Assembly: GCA_031274765.1 (NCBI GenBank)
Contig: JAISPR010000035.1
Coordinates: 12,351 to 76,350, forward strand
Direction: 5' to 3'
Origin: Nitrososphaerota archaeon
GTDB lineage: Archaea > Thermoproteota > Bathyarchaeia > Bathyarchaeales > Bathycorpusculaceae
DNA length: 64,000 nt
The position numbers and the translations under genes are program-made. The notes under the pieces are model-generated. The model did no database searches, was not told the origin of the DNA, and worked only from the letters and a program-made list of their open reading frames with translations. The first letter of the stretch is position 1, and each line of letters opens with the position of its first letter. This document shows positions 17,875 to 27,405 of this stretch, one piece after another.

Positions 17875-18032
17875 TTACATTCAACAGTTTGGAAAAAAAT
17901 ATTTTGAATTGTTTATATTACCGGTTGTTGCGTGTTTTTGATTATTTTTACAATGACTTTCTTATTTTTTCGAATATTTTTTGAGCATGATTTAATTTTT
18001 GACTGTTTAGGTCAAACTACCGAATGCAAGTA
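17875..18032 (+). mobile_element. MITE family B, copy 1 (~160 bp)
   Basis: Aligns to 26065-26233 along its whole length. Its terminal inverted repeats are degraded relative to copy 2. Confidence 0.75.
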
Positions 18033-18182
18033 TTTAGATGTTACAACACAATGTTTTAGCGAGAGTTTTTCAAAGTTTTCTTCAGCCTCGTCTGTAAAAA
18101 CACGATCCCAACCAGCAACACCACAATCACAACCAACAAAAACACAACAACAACTCCAACCAACCTAACCCAAAAAACACCC

Positions 18183-18777
18183 CTAAACCAACAGCAGGCT
18201 GAAGCGACTCAAACGGGGGATTCTGTGAAAACAGAACTGAAGAGCCAGGCCCACTGTTGAAACACTACCTTCAGATATAGTCAAGGTCTGCGTACGACTC
18301 CACCCGCTCGACTCCCCCTCAAAAACCTCCCCCGAAAAAAAGCCCACCATAAGAAGACCCCGGCACAACATGATGAATGTAACCTATTAGTACTTGAACC
18401 TGAAAATCGACTTGTGCACCCCGCGGAAAAACCTCCGACAAACGACCTCCAGCATAGTGTAAAACTAACCCCGCCACAGAAGAATAATTACCCTCATACG
18501 AAACAACATAATAATCACCTTTTACCTCACCCAAAACATACCCACTCATTGGGGTGTAAATTTCTCTCCATTCACTCTCAAAATGTCCCTTCAAACATAT
18601 ATTGTAATGAATATTTACAGTTATGTTTGTGATTCGATTTCTATTTGAAATGGAATGAAGGGCACGCGTTTGATTTTTGACTCTATCGTTCATGATTCGA
18701 TATGTTGACTTTATGTTATGGTTTGTCCCGTGTAGGGTCTGTAGTTGATGGGGGGTTTGTGTCATAAGATGAATCAT
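18183..18777 (-). pseudogene. secreted/surface-protein-like gene broken by a frameshift at a T7 (A7 on plus) homopolymer
   Basis: ORFs 18319-18777 and 18183-18371 overlap in different frames. Removing one T at 18335-18341 joins ...YGGLF to SGEVFEGESSGWSRTQTLTISEGS. The latter segment is paralogous to 29200-29240 (SSGWSSIQIFTIPEES). Confidence 0.45.
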
Positions 18778-18968
18778 TGAGGTTGATGGTAAAATCTGGT
18801 GCCGAAGGCTTGGTATAGATGGGACAGCTTGCCACTTCCATAACTATTAAACATCAGGGTGAGTATAAGACAAAAGGAAAAAATCCAAATGCCAGTCTTG
18901 TGTCTGCTCAACATGTTGGGTTCTACTTTTATGAGTGGGATCGGAGGGTTATATTTTTTACACGACAA
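18774..18968 (-). CDS. small membrane/signal-anchor protein, translationally coupled (ATGA) to the downstream fragmented gene
   Basis: 64 aa with a hydrophobic stretch IWIFSFCLILTLMF. Its stop overlaps the next ATG. Confidence 0.35.
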   Translation of the reverse strand: MSCKKYNPPIPLIKVEPNMLSRHKTGIWIFSFCLILTLMFNSYGSGKLSHLYQAFGTRFYHQPQ

Positions 18969-19578
18969 CTCACTGATTCGTCACTAAATCTTTTGTTTCT
19001 ATTACTTCAGTGTATTTTAATTTTTTTATCAAAATAGACAATTGATTAATAATTAAATGAATAATAGTTAGCAGATTTTCATTTTACTTTGCAAACAAAA
19101 CTATTAGATTAAACAATGTCTAAGGCTCACTCGTTGGGCTAAAAATCGTTAATCACTCTTTATTTATCCCCCTCTCATTGTAAATTTTCCCATATTTTCT
19201 ACTAAGAATCCTGTTCGGCAGCTTATTTTAACAAATACCCGCATATTCAGACTGTTGTCACGACATATAATCGGCGTGCAACCCTTCGAAATCTCAAAAC
19301 CAAACACTTCACAAAATCTATTGCACCCCACAAACAGCTAACACCGTTACTTGATTTATGCTCAATCAAACAACTCGGCCACATCTCATCAGAGATATCA
19401 AACAAGAAGGAAAACAACCCATGGAACCTCACACTCTTCCAGCCTCATATGGGCTCCATTCTAATAGAAACCTACTGAACAGAAAACAACTACCAAACAA
19501 GATATTTTGAAATAGATAGTTCTATTTCAAGGCATTTTCAAAACCACTCAGAAATTCTTAGTAGAAATTAAAGGAAAA

Positions 19579-20721
19579 TCAGAATTTAACAACTCCAGAC
19601 CCATTTTTACTGTTATATAGCTTTGTTAGCTGTAGAATTGTTTCCTTGTACACAGCAATCGCTTGGAGGTATTCGTTGATTTCTATGTGTTCATCCATGG
19701 TATGGTCAAGGTGTGAATCTCCAGGGCCATATGTGACTATTGGAAGATTCATGGCTCTACCAAGAATGTTCATATCTCCTGTGCCAGTTTTGCGCAAAAG
19801 GGTAGCAGGTTTGTTTAGAACTTTACGAACTGAAGACGAGAGAACATGAACTAAAGGGGAAGATTTGTTGGCTTCAAAGGGCTCTACAGTATCGAGCACT
19901 GAAGGGGTTACATTGACTTTTGGATTAGCGTTTTGGTAGTTGGCAATTATCTTTATCATTTTGTCGTAAACCTGTGTTGTAGTGAACTGGATGGGCACAC
20001 GTACATCAAGAATTATCTCAGCCTCGAAAGGTATAATCGAGTTACCCCAACCTCCAACCATCTTGACTAGACAAACAGTTATGGAGGTGAAAGGTGTTTC
20101 CTGGGGATCCAGTGAGGGGTAGGTGCAAGCAGATTTGATTTGTGACCATAATTCGTAGGCTTTATCTAATGCGTTGTCATAGATCCAAGGCGTGGAAGCA
20201 TGCCCTGTTTCGGTTTTCACAGTGATTTTTAGTTGGATTTGTCCTTTGTAGCCCATTGTTATATTTTCAACGCCGCTGGGTTCGCCAAAAAGAGCATAAT
20301 CAGCGTTTATGCCCTGGGTGATGAGATGGCGAACACCTTTACTGGTGGCTTCTTCTTCAACAACACTTGCAATGAGGAGTTTACCTTTGAATCCGGGTTC
20401 TTTAACGGCTTGTGCAGCGGCCATAATCATAGCGGCCAGCGGTCCTTTAGCATCGACTGCCCCCCGAGCAAATATTTTGCCTTCTTCGACACGCAGGGGA
20501 ACATGTCCTGCAACGGTGTCCATATGTCCGCAGAGTAAAATGACAGGATCACCTTTGCCAACAACGCCAATGACGTTACCTATCATATCAATACCAACTT
20601 CAAAGCCCATTCGCTTCATTTCAGTGGCTAAAAATGCAGCTATGGCCTGTTCATCGCCGCTTGGACTGTAGATACCTAAGAGATTAGTTAGAAACCGTAC
20701 CGCTGCTGTTTGTTCGCTCAT
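19579..20721 (-). CDS. lysK: [LysW]-lysine/ornithine hydrolase (M20 peptidase, LysK/ArgE-like)
   Basis: LLCGHMDTV, VVEEEATSKG and a C-terminal GPGDSHLDHTMDEHI. Last gene of the lysW operon. Confidence 0.85.
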   Translation of the reverse strand: MSEQTAAVRFLTNLLGIYSPSGDEQAIAAFLATEMKRMGFEVGIDMIGNVIGVVGKGDPVILLCGHMDTVAGHVPLRVEEGKIFARGAVDAKGPLAAMIMAAAQAVKEPGFKGKLLIASVVEEEATSKGVRHLITQGINADYALFGEPSGVENITMGYKGQIQLKITVKTETGHASTPWIYDNALDKAYELWSQIKSACTYPSLDPQETPFTSITVCLVKMVGGWGNSIIPFEAEIILDVRVPIQFTTTQVYDKMIKIIANYQNANPKVNVTPSVLDTVEPFEANKSSPLVHVLSSSVRKVLNKPATLLRKTGTGDMNILGRAMNLPIVTYGPGDSHLDHTMDEHIEINEYLQAIAVYKETILQLTKLYNSKNGSGVVKF

Positions 20722-21901
20722 TTTCTTCTTCCTCCAACACTGCATCAAGAATGGTTATTACGTAATCAATTTGGGGTTTAGTTATGATTAGCGGGGGTAA
20801 TAAGCGCACTACTGTTCGGCCGGCATCCACAAGTAAGACGCCGCGTTTTAGCGCTTTTAGAAGTATCCCATAGACCTCATAGCGGAGTTCCATACCCAGC
20901 ATTAAGCCTAAGCCGCGAATTTCCTTGACGATTTTATGTTTTGCTGCTAGAACTTCAAGTTGAGTTTTGAAATATTTACCGTTAAGGGCAGCTTTATTGG
21001 CAAGTTTCTCTTCTATGAGAACATCTATTGCAGCACAGCCCGCAGCACAAACAATGGGGCTCCCGCTAAAAGTGGTTGAGTGCTCACCGGTTTTGAACAT
21101 AGACATATGGGATTCTTTGGCAACTGTTATGCCGATAGGTAAACCACCTGCAAAGGGCTTGGCCAAACACATGATATCGGGAATAACATTCCAGTTTTGG
21201 CAACCAAACAGTTTCCCAGTCCGACCAAAGCCAGTTTGGACCTCGTCAAATATTAACAAAACACCATGCTTAGCACAGATTTCTTGGACTTTTTGCAGGT
21301 ATCCATCTGGAGGTACGCGAATACCGCCTTCGCCGCGAATGGGCTCGATGAGGATGGCAGCGGTTTTGTCGGTTATCGCTTCGCGGATTTTATCAGGGTT
21401 ATCCGGGGCAACATGTTTGATGTCAGGGATAAGGGGACCAAACGGGTCGCGGTATTTTTTGTCCCAGGTCGCAGATAGGGCACCCATTGTTTTGCCATGA
21501 TAAGAACCCATTAACGCGATGATTTCGGTTTTGCTGGTGACTTTACGGGCTAATTTGATAGCACATTCAACGCTTTCGGCACCGCTATTGGAGAGAAAGG
21601 CTTTGTTTAAACCGGGGGGGGTTATGTTTATTAGTTTTTCTATGAATTCGGCACGTTTGTTGTTGTAGTAGGTGCCATGACAGTTTATGAGTTGTTCGGC
21701 CTGAGTTTTTATGGCTTTGACGATTTTGGGGTGACAGTGGCCCAGTGCAGCTACCCCGTAGCTGCTTGAGCAGTCCACATATTCTTTGCCGTTAAGGTCC
21801 CATAGCAGGGCACCTTTGCCGCTTGTAAGTACAACGGGTTTTTTGGAGAACACATTGGCTAGGTATCGGTTCTCAGTTTCTATGATTTGTTGTTCATTCA
21901 T
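20684..21901 (-). CDS. lysJ: [LysW]-aminoadipate semialdehyde/acetylornithine-type aminotransferase
   Basis: Class III PLP aminotransferase motifs LSNSGAESVE, LIFDEVQTGFGRTGKLF and TFSGSP. Confidence 0.9.
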   Translation of the reverse strand: MNEQQIIETENRYLANVFSKKPVVLTSGKGALLWDLNGKEYVDCSSSYGVAALGHCHPKIVKAIKTQAEQLINCHGTYYNNKRAEFIEKLINITPPGLNKAFLSNSGAESVECAIKLARKVTSKTEIIALMGSYHGKTMGALSATWDKKYRDPFGPLIPDIKHVAPDNPDKIREAITDKTAAILIEPIRGEGGIRVPPDGYLQKVQEICAKHGVLLIFDEVQTGFGRTGKLFGCQNWNVIPDIMCLAKPFAGGLPIGITVAKESHMSMFKTGEHSTTFSGSPIVCAAGCAAIDVLIEEKLANKAALNGKYFKTQLEVLAAKHKIVKEIRGLGLMLGMELRYEVYGILLKALKRGVLLVDAGRTVVRLLPPLIITKPQIDYVITILDAVLEEEENERTNSSGTVSN

Positions 21902-22712
21902 TTGTTATCACTGTGCCAATTTGATGATTAAGGGCAGTTGTGATGGGGTGATTAGTGGTGCCAGAGGTTATGAGAATTTCCTTGACGCCTTGGTTGAGGG
22001 CTTCAAGGCCCGCGTGGATTTTGGTGCTCATGCCGCCGCCGATTTTTGGGAGGATTTCTTTGAGTTTAGTTGTTGTGATTTTTTGGATGCATTCGCCGTT
22101 TAGTATTAAACCGTCTACATCAGTGAGTATGATGAGTTTGTCGGCTTTGAGGGCGCCTGCAACTATGGCTGCGGTGCGGTCGCCATCTATGTTGAGGGGT
22201 TCATTGTCTTGGCTTATGGCGATGGGGGTGACTACGGGGGTATAGTTTTTTTCAATTAGCAGATTTAAGAGTTCGGTGTTGACTTGTGTGATTTTTCCGG
22301 TGTAACCCCCGTCGATGACTTTTTTGCGTCCTTGTTTGTCAACTGCAATGAGTTTGAGTTTCCGTTCGGCTTTGAGGAGGGAGGCATCAAGTCCGCTGAG
22401 TCCAATGGCGGGTATGTTTTGAGTTTCGAGGGCAAGTACGATTTGTTTGTTGATTTTGCCTGCCATAACCATGGTGTAGATTTCGATTGTTTCTTTATCT
22501 GTATAGCGGCTGCGAAAACCTTCGGGGGACATTATGAATTTTTGTTCTTTGCCCAGTTTGGAGGCGATTTCGGTGACTTCAACACCGCCGCCATGCACCA
22601 GTATGATGTGGTGTTGTTTGATGACTTCTTTTAGGTCAGCTGCGAGGTTAGCTGATGTGCCATGTTTTAGAATAGAGCCTCCGAGTTTTATGACAAACAA
22701 CATATTATGCAC
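21894..22712 (-). CDS. lysZ: [LysW]-aminoadipate/glutamate kinase (amino-acid kinase family)
   Basis: VIKLGGS, ILVHGGG and GLSGLDA motifs. Confidence 0.9.
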   Translation of the reverse strand: MHNMLFVIKLGGSILKHGTSANLAADLKEVIKQHHIILVHGGGVEVTEIASKLGKEQKFIMSPEGFRSRYTDKETIEIYTMVMAGKINKQIVLALETQNIPAIGLSGLDASLLKAERKLKLIAVDKQGRKKVIDGGYTGKITQVNTELLNLLIEKNYTPVVTPIAISQDNEPLNIDGDRTAAIVAGALKADKLIILTDVDGLILNGECIQKITTTKLKEILPKIGGGMSTKIHAGLEALNQGVKEILITSGTTNHPITTALNHQIGTVITNE

Positions 22713-23762
22713 CTATAGGGGGTGGAATCCAGTGCTCTTGAGGCTTGTGGTTTCGTCGATTCCCATGAGAATGTTTAGACATTGGACGCCCTGTCCTGCA
22801 GCTCCTTTGACCATGTTATCAAGGGCGGTGAACATTATAAGACGGCCAGCGTGTTCATCTATTTCAAATCCAATGTCGCAAAAGTTTGTGCCTGTGACTA
22901 TTTTGGGGTCGGGTAATTGATAGGGGCCTTTGAGATATTTTACAAGGCGTATGAAGGGGGCATTACCATAGGTGTCACGAAGTGCCTTCCAGAGGTCTTT
23001 GTTGGTGAGGGGGTGTTTGGGAAAGGCGTGTATGGTTGCGAGTATGCCGCGAACCATGTTAACAGCATGGGGAGTAAATGAGATTTTAACGGGTCCACCT
23101 AAGGGGGTGAGTTCTTGTTCGATTTCAGCGATGTGCCGGTGTCCGACAACTTTGTAGGGGCGTACTCCGCTAAACCGCTCAGGGTGATGTGAGGTTATGG
23201 TGGGTTTACTGCCACCGCCTGAAGAGCCTACTTTTAGGTCTACTATGATTTTTTCTTTGTCAATTAAGTCGGCTTTTATTAGAGGAGCTAAGCCTAAGAT
23301 AGCAGCAGTGGCTTCGCATCCCGGGCAGGCGATAAGGGTGGCGTTTTTGATTTCGTCTCGATGTAATTCGGGTAGTCCGTAGATGGCTTTTTTTAGCAGT
23401 TCAGGGTGGGTGTGTTTGTAGCCGTAGTAGGTTTCATAGTCGGCAGGGTTTTTGAGGCGAAAATCAGCGCTCATGTCTATAACTTTGAGGCCTGTTTCGA
23501 GGAGTTGGGGCACCAAATTTTGAGAGTCCCCATGGGGTGTGGCTGTGAAGATTAGGTCACAGTTTTTTTGGAGTTCAACTATGTTTTGGGGCATAAATTT
23601 GAGTTGGGTCAGGCCTCGCAAGTTGGGGTGTATGTTAAAGATGAATTCACCGGCATTCTGGCGGGAAGTGACCATTGTTAACTCTACTTTGGGGTGCATA
23701 AGGAGGAGTCTGAGGAGTTCGCTGCCGACGTATCCTGAACCTCCGATTATTCCGATTTTCAT
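22713..23762 (-). CDS. lysY: [LysW]-aminoadipyl/glutamyl-phosphate reductase (ArgC family)
   Basis: N-terminal IGIIGGSGYVGSELLRLL and the catalytic ACPGCEATA motif. Confidence 0.9.
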   Translation of the reverse strand: MKIGIIGGSGYVGSELLRLLLMHPKVELTMVTSRQNAGEFIFNIHPNLRGLTQLKFMPQNIVELQKNCDLIFTATPHGDSQNLVPQLLETGLKVIDMSADFRLKNPADYETYYGYKHTHPELLKKAIYGLPELHRDEIKNATLIACPGCEATAAILGLAPLIKADLIDKEKIIVDLKVGSSGGGSKPTITSHHPERFSGVRPYKVVGHRHIAEIEQELTPLGGPVKISFTPHAVNMVRGILATIHAFPKHPLTNKDLWKALRDTYGNAPFIRLVKYLKGPYQLPDPKIVTGTNFCDIGFEIDEHAGRLIMFTALDNMVKGAAGQGVQCLNILMGIDETTSLKSTGFHPL

Positions 23763-23773
23763 GTTATTTCCTC

Positions 23774-24958
23774 TTATTGGTCGATTAGACTTTGTGCGCC
23801 CTTGAGTAATGGTTCGGCCACGTTGAGTCCTGTTGCAAGTCGGGTGTTTTCCCAGAATTCTGGGCAGGAATTTGCTTCATGAAACACCAGGGCGTCTTTG
23901 TTGTTTTGTAGGTTTTCTTCGATTATGTTTTTAATATTTTCGTAGGCAGAAGTGCATTTGTAAGTTTTAAACTGGTCTTCAAATTGTTTGTTCCAAGTTT
24001 GGAAATCTGTTAGGCGCGTTTCATCTTTTTTTGTGTTTTGCACAACTGACCAGGCGTCTGTTGCTAAATCTAGCTGGGATTTGAGATAGGTTTCGTTAGT
24101 ATTTTTGTTTTTTCCAACGTCTATCATAGCATCTATGGCTAGTATCCATGCATGGCTGTTTTCGGTTAGGGTTTTGCCGCATTTTACTGCTAGTTCTTGC
24201 ACGGTTTGGGGTAGTTTAGCATCAAAAACAAGGTTTCCCAGAAATGTGTTGGTGCGGAAGTCTTTGAAACCGGCACGTACCATACTGATGGGGTAGCAGA
24301 TGGGGGCTTTACCTTTTTCTTTGGAGACGATTATTCGCAGGTCATAGAACCATTTTTTAATTAATTCTTGTGCGACAACGCCGATAGGGTTAATGATTCC
24401 GGGTTTGGTTTGGTTTATGTTATTTTTTAATTCTTCGCGGTTTTTTGAAAGTAATATCATTTTGCCATGGGTTCCTGCGTCAGCTTTGATAACTATGCCT
24501 TCAGAGAGGGAAAGTTCTTGTTCAAAAAGTTCAGATATGTCTTTTGCATTATGGATTTCTTTGCCATTTTTCATGGTATCGATTGCATCGCAGGGCACAA
24601 ACACTGTTTTGGGGATAGGAAGGCCTTGTTTGTATAGATTTAACAATGTGCGTAGTTTACTGTAACAGACAAATTCGATTTGTGATGAGTTTAGGGTTTT
24701 TTTACCCAATGTTTCCATGATATAGGAGGCTTGGAGTCGTCGGTTTTTGCTTTGGGCGCGATTAAGGACAACTTTGATGTTTTGGAATGTGGGGGTGTAA
24801 TCTTTGCCTTTGGTTTTGGCGCTAAACCCGTTTTTATCGATGGCTAACGCTATTTTACGGAATGGAATATAGGTTAAATCAATACCGAGTTGCTGAGCGG
24901 TGAGTTTGATGCCGTTTTCGTCGTTCTCAGAGCGTTCATAGAGAAGGGCAATACTCAT
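23774..24958 (-). CDS. lysX: RimK/ATP-grasp LysW ligase (LysX/ArgX-like) with a large internal insertion
   Basis: ATP-grasp pattern (GIVIKADAGTHG, DLRIIV, ILAIDAM...FHEANSCPEF) plus its position between lysW and lysY. 394 aa versus ~280 for the LysX sequences I recall. Confidence 0.8.
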   Translation of the reverse strand: MSIALLYERSENDENGIKLTAQQLGIDLTYIPFRKIALAIDKNGFSAKTKGKDYTPTFQNIKVVLNRAQSKNRRLQASYIMETLGKKTLNSSQIEFVCYSKLRTLLNLYKQGLPIPKTVFVPCDAIDTMKNGKEIHNAKDISELFEQELSLSEGIVIKADAGTHGKMILLSKNREELKNNINQTKPGIINPIGVVAQELIKKWFYDLRIIVSKEKGKAPICYPISMVRAGFKDFRTNTFLGNLVFDAKLPQTVQELAVKCGKTLTENSHAWILAIDAMIDVGKNKNTNETYLKSQLDLATDAWSVVQNTKKDETRLTDFQTWNKQFEDQFKTYKCTSAYENIKNIIEENLQNNKDALVFHEANSCPEFWENTRLATGLNVAEPLLKGAQSLIDQ

Positions 24959-25032
24959 CGCTTAGTTGCTCCCATAGAAAGTTTTGTTTTAAAAAGACAG
25001 TTTAACAAGGTGGGATGGTTGGCAGATGTTAT

Positions 25033-25248
25033 TTATTCGCCCCAGTCTTCCCCTTCAATTGTGAGTTCTTGAAGGTTTATACAACCGTCTTTTACTTGTT
25101 TAACTTCAAGTTCAAGACCACATCCGGGACAACTTAGAATTTCTCCCTCTTCAACGTTTGAGGGTACATCAAGTTCTGCGTCGCAATCTGGACATTTTGA
25201 TTTATAGATAGTTGCCACCTCTTTGGGTTGGTTTATTTGTTCGATCAT
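25033..25248 (-). CDS. lysW: LysW amino-group carrier protein
   Basis: Zn-ribbon CPDC...CPGC and the C-terminal EGEDWGE carrier motif. Start set at the internal ATG (MIEQINQ); the ORF is open up to 25407. Confidence 0.85.
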   Translation of the reverse strand: MIEQINQPKEVATIYKSKCPDCDAELDVPSNVEEGEILSCPGCGLELEVKQVKDGCINLQELTIEGEDWGE

Positions 25249-25456
25249 TTTTTGTTCGTCACTTATAGTTTTGTTAAGAAACGTCATTTGGGTATTCCAA
25301 GCATCTTTTAAATGTTGTGACCTATTTGTTACAAGATAGAGTTTTAATGTTCCATTTGGTGCATGTAAATAGCGCGCTATAAACACACAAACATATCTCC
25401 TAAACAAACTAAAAGACTAAAACCGTACTAAATCACTCCGCAGAGTATGGAAAACG

Positions 25457-25471
25457 TTAAATTATTTATAC
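25457..25471 (+). promoter_or_regulatory. TATA-box-like element for the Lrp-family gene (near-leaderless)
   Basis: TTAAATTATTTATAC centred ~31 nt upstream of ATG 25496, in the lysW/lrp divergent intergenic region. Confidence 0.35.
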
Positions 25472-25495
25472 ACCAAACATCTTAAGGCAAAAAAC

Positions 25496-25906
25496 ATGGA
25501 TGAGAAAGATAAACAAATCATAAAAATCCTAAAAGATGATGCCCGTGCAGGATATGCTGACATCGGCAACAAAATCGGTCTCTCAGAAGGCGCCGTGCGT
25601 AAAAGAATCAAAATACTCACCGATGAAAACATCATCCAGAGATTCACAATTAAAGTCGGCACCACAGAGAGCGCTCAAGCCATCACCCTGCTTGCAACCA
25701 ACCCCGTTTACCCCACACAAGAAGTTTCCAAAACAATTCAAAGGCTCCCAAATGTTGAAACCATCTACGAAGTCACAGGTGAATATGACATTGTCGCAGT
25801 CATAACAGGAATGAACGTCACTGAAGTCAACGAATGCATAGAAAAAATCCGCCGCATCGAAGGTATCATGAAAACCAACACCATGATAGTTCTAAGAAAT
25901 GGGTAA
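25496..25906 (+). CDS. Lrp/AsnC-family transcriptional regulator (LysM-like position)
   Basis: HTH segment DKQIIKILKDDARAGYADIGNKIGLSEGAVRKRIKIL plus a C-terminal RAM-like domain. Divergent from lysW. Confidence 0.85.
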   Translation: MDEKDKQIIKILKDDARAGYADIGNKIGLSEGAVRKRIKILTDENIIQRFTIKVGTTESAQAITLLATNPVYPTQEVSKTIQRLPNVETIYEVTGEYDIVAVITGMNVTEVNECIEKIRRIEGIMKTNTMIVLRNG

Positions 25907-26064
25907 CAACTAACCTAAAACAGACCGACCGTTTAGGACTTAACCATCACGTAGAAAACCACACACTGGAGAAAACAAGGATACAAATAAGAACATGAAC
26001 AAATAATTACCACACAGTAGATACGACAAAACCATCAGGTTCCAATCGACGTTACACAAACGCT

Positions 26065-26233
26065 AATTACTTACATTCGGCAGTTTGGGAAAAAAATATT
26101 TTGAATTGTTTATATTACCGGTTGTTGCGTGTTTTTGATTATTTTTACAATGGTTTTCTTATTTTTTCGAATATTTTTTGAGCATGATTTAATTTTTGGC
26201 TGTTTTAGGTCAAACTGCCGAATGCAAGTAATT
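26065..26233 (+). mobile_element. MITE family B, copy 2 (best-preserved; 23-bp terminal inverted repeats)
   Basis: AATTACTTACATTCGGCAGTTTG at the left end versus the reverse complement AATTACTTGCATTCGGCAGTTTG at the right end (22/23). No ORF inside. Confidence 0.8.
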
Positions 26234-26354
26234 AAAAAGAAACCCGAAGAATTATTTTACAAAAACTAATGTTTCCAACAACTAAGAACAAATGTAAGTT
26301 CTGTAATACAAGACCTTTTATTTTAGGGAAGTATGTTCTTTATTGGGAAAAATT

Positions 26355-26534
26355 ATGTGTGAATTTAATGTTATCTTAAACGACAAAACCCAAATTAGAG
26401 ACGTAATCTACGCTAAAATGGAAGACCATAAAGTTGTAGTGAAAGACATCATGGGCAAAGCCACCGAGTTTGCAAACTGTATAATTTCTGAAGTTGATGT
26501 ACCCAACGCGCGACTCGTTCTTGTTCAAGCATAA
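26355..26534 (+). CDS. CooT-family small nickel-binding/putative RNA-binding protein
   Basis: Starts MCEFNVIL. ~60 aa, all-beta pattern ending ...VDVPNARLVLV, as in CooT-like proteins (N-terminal Met-Cys). Confidence 0.55.
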   Translation: MCEFNVILNDKTQIRDVIYAKMEDHKVVVKDIMGKATEFANCIISEVDVPNARLVLVQA

Positions 26535-26720
26535 ATTAAAACAATAAAGAACCTCTAAGTATAATGTACAGTCAACGACCTGCCAATTACATAGCACACT
26601 ATCGACAGGAATACAGATCAATAATAGATTTGATAACATAGATTTTGGGCTTTATATAGGCGAAAAAGAATAGTTAAAGTGCCATTTTAGGTCTCACCAA
26701 GGATTAAACAAGGGACAGGC

Positions 26721-27392
26721 ATGAGCAATAACCAAAAATTCGAAAGGGATCTCACGATAATTCTAAACCGACTAACCTATGGAGTCCAGCCCACAGTAGA
26801 GAATAAACTAAACATGCTCAAAGACTGGCTTGTTAAATTACAAAAAGAAAATATTGTAAAGATCAATCATTCCGTCATGGAACTGGTATGCGCCAAGTAT
26901 TTAATTGAAAAAGGCTACGACATCCAAATAGAATATCCCCTAAATGAGCTTTTAACCTGTGACCTATATTGCATAAAAGGGCTAGGCAATCTGGTTGTAG
27001 AAATAGAAACAGGTTTTATCCCCCCAGAAAACGCCCTTGCCCCCCTGACATACACCACAGCAAGATTGGCAAGCAAAATCATACGCTACAGCGGTTTCGC
27101 AGGCAAATTCGCCTTGGGTGTGCCACCACACTACACACTACCTTTTCCTAACACCTTTGCTAAACCGCCACGAAACCGTACCAAACAAGAAATCGAAGCT
27201 ATCAAAACACTCTGTGATGTCTACTACCAAAAACCACCTGTAACACTTGAGAGCATTCATAATGCCCGCATTCAAGAAATTTACATAATCGATGTGGATC
27301 ATAGCTTAGTACAAGAGATCGATCCAGAAACGTACCTAAATAGGGCAATACAAAAAGGAGTCATCTATAACTATCTAACAGCACAATGTTAG
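26721..27392 (+). CDS. hypothetical protein, possible PD-(D/E)xK-like nuclease fold
   Basis: 223-aa ORF. The segment CDLYCIKGLGNLVVEIETG is reminiscent of a D...ExE/K nuclease core. This assignment is weak. Confidence 0.45.
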   Translation: MSNNQKFERDLTIILNRLTYGVQPTVENKLNMLKDWLVKLQKENIVKINHSVMELVCAKYLIEKGYDIQIEYPLNELLTCDLYCIKGLGNLVVEIETGFIPPENALAPLTYTTARLASKIIRYSGFAGKFALGVPPHYTLPFPNTFAKPPRNRTKQEIEAIKTLCDVYYQKPPVTLESIHNARIQEIYIIDVDHSLVQEIDPETYLNRAIQKGVIYNYLTAQC

Positions 27393-27405
27393 ATAAGGCA
27401 ACAGC

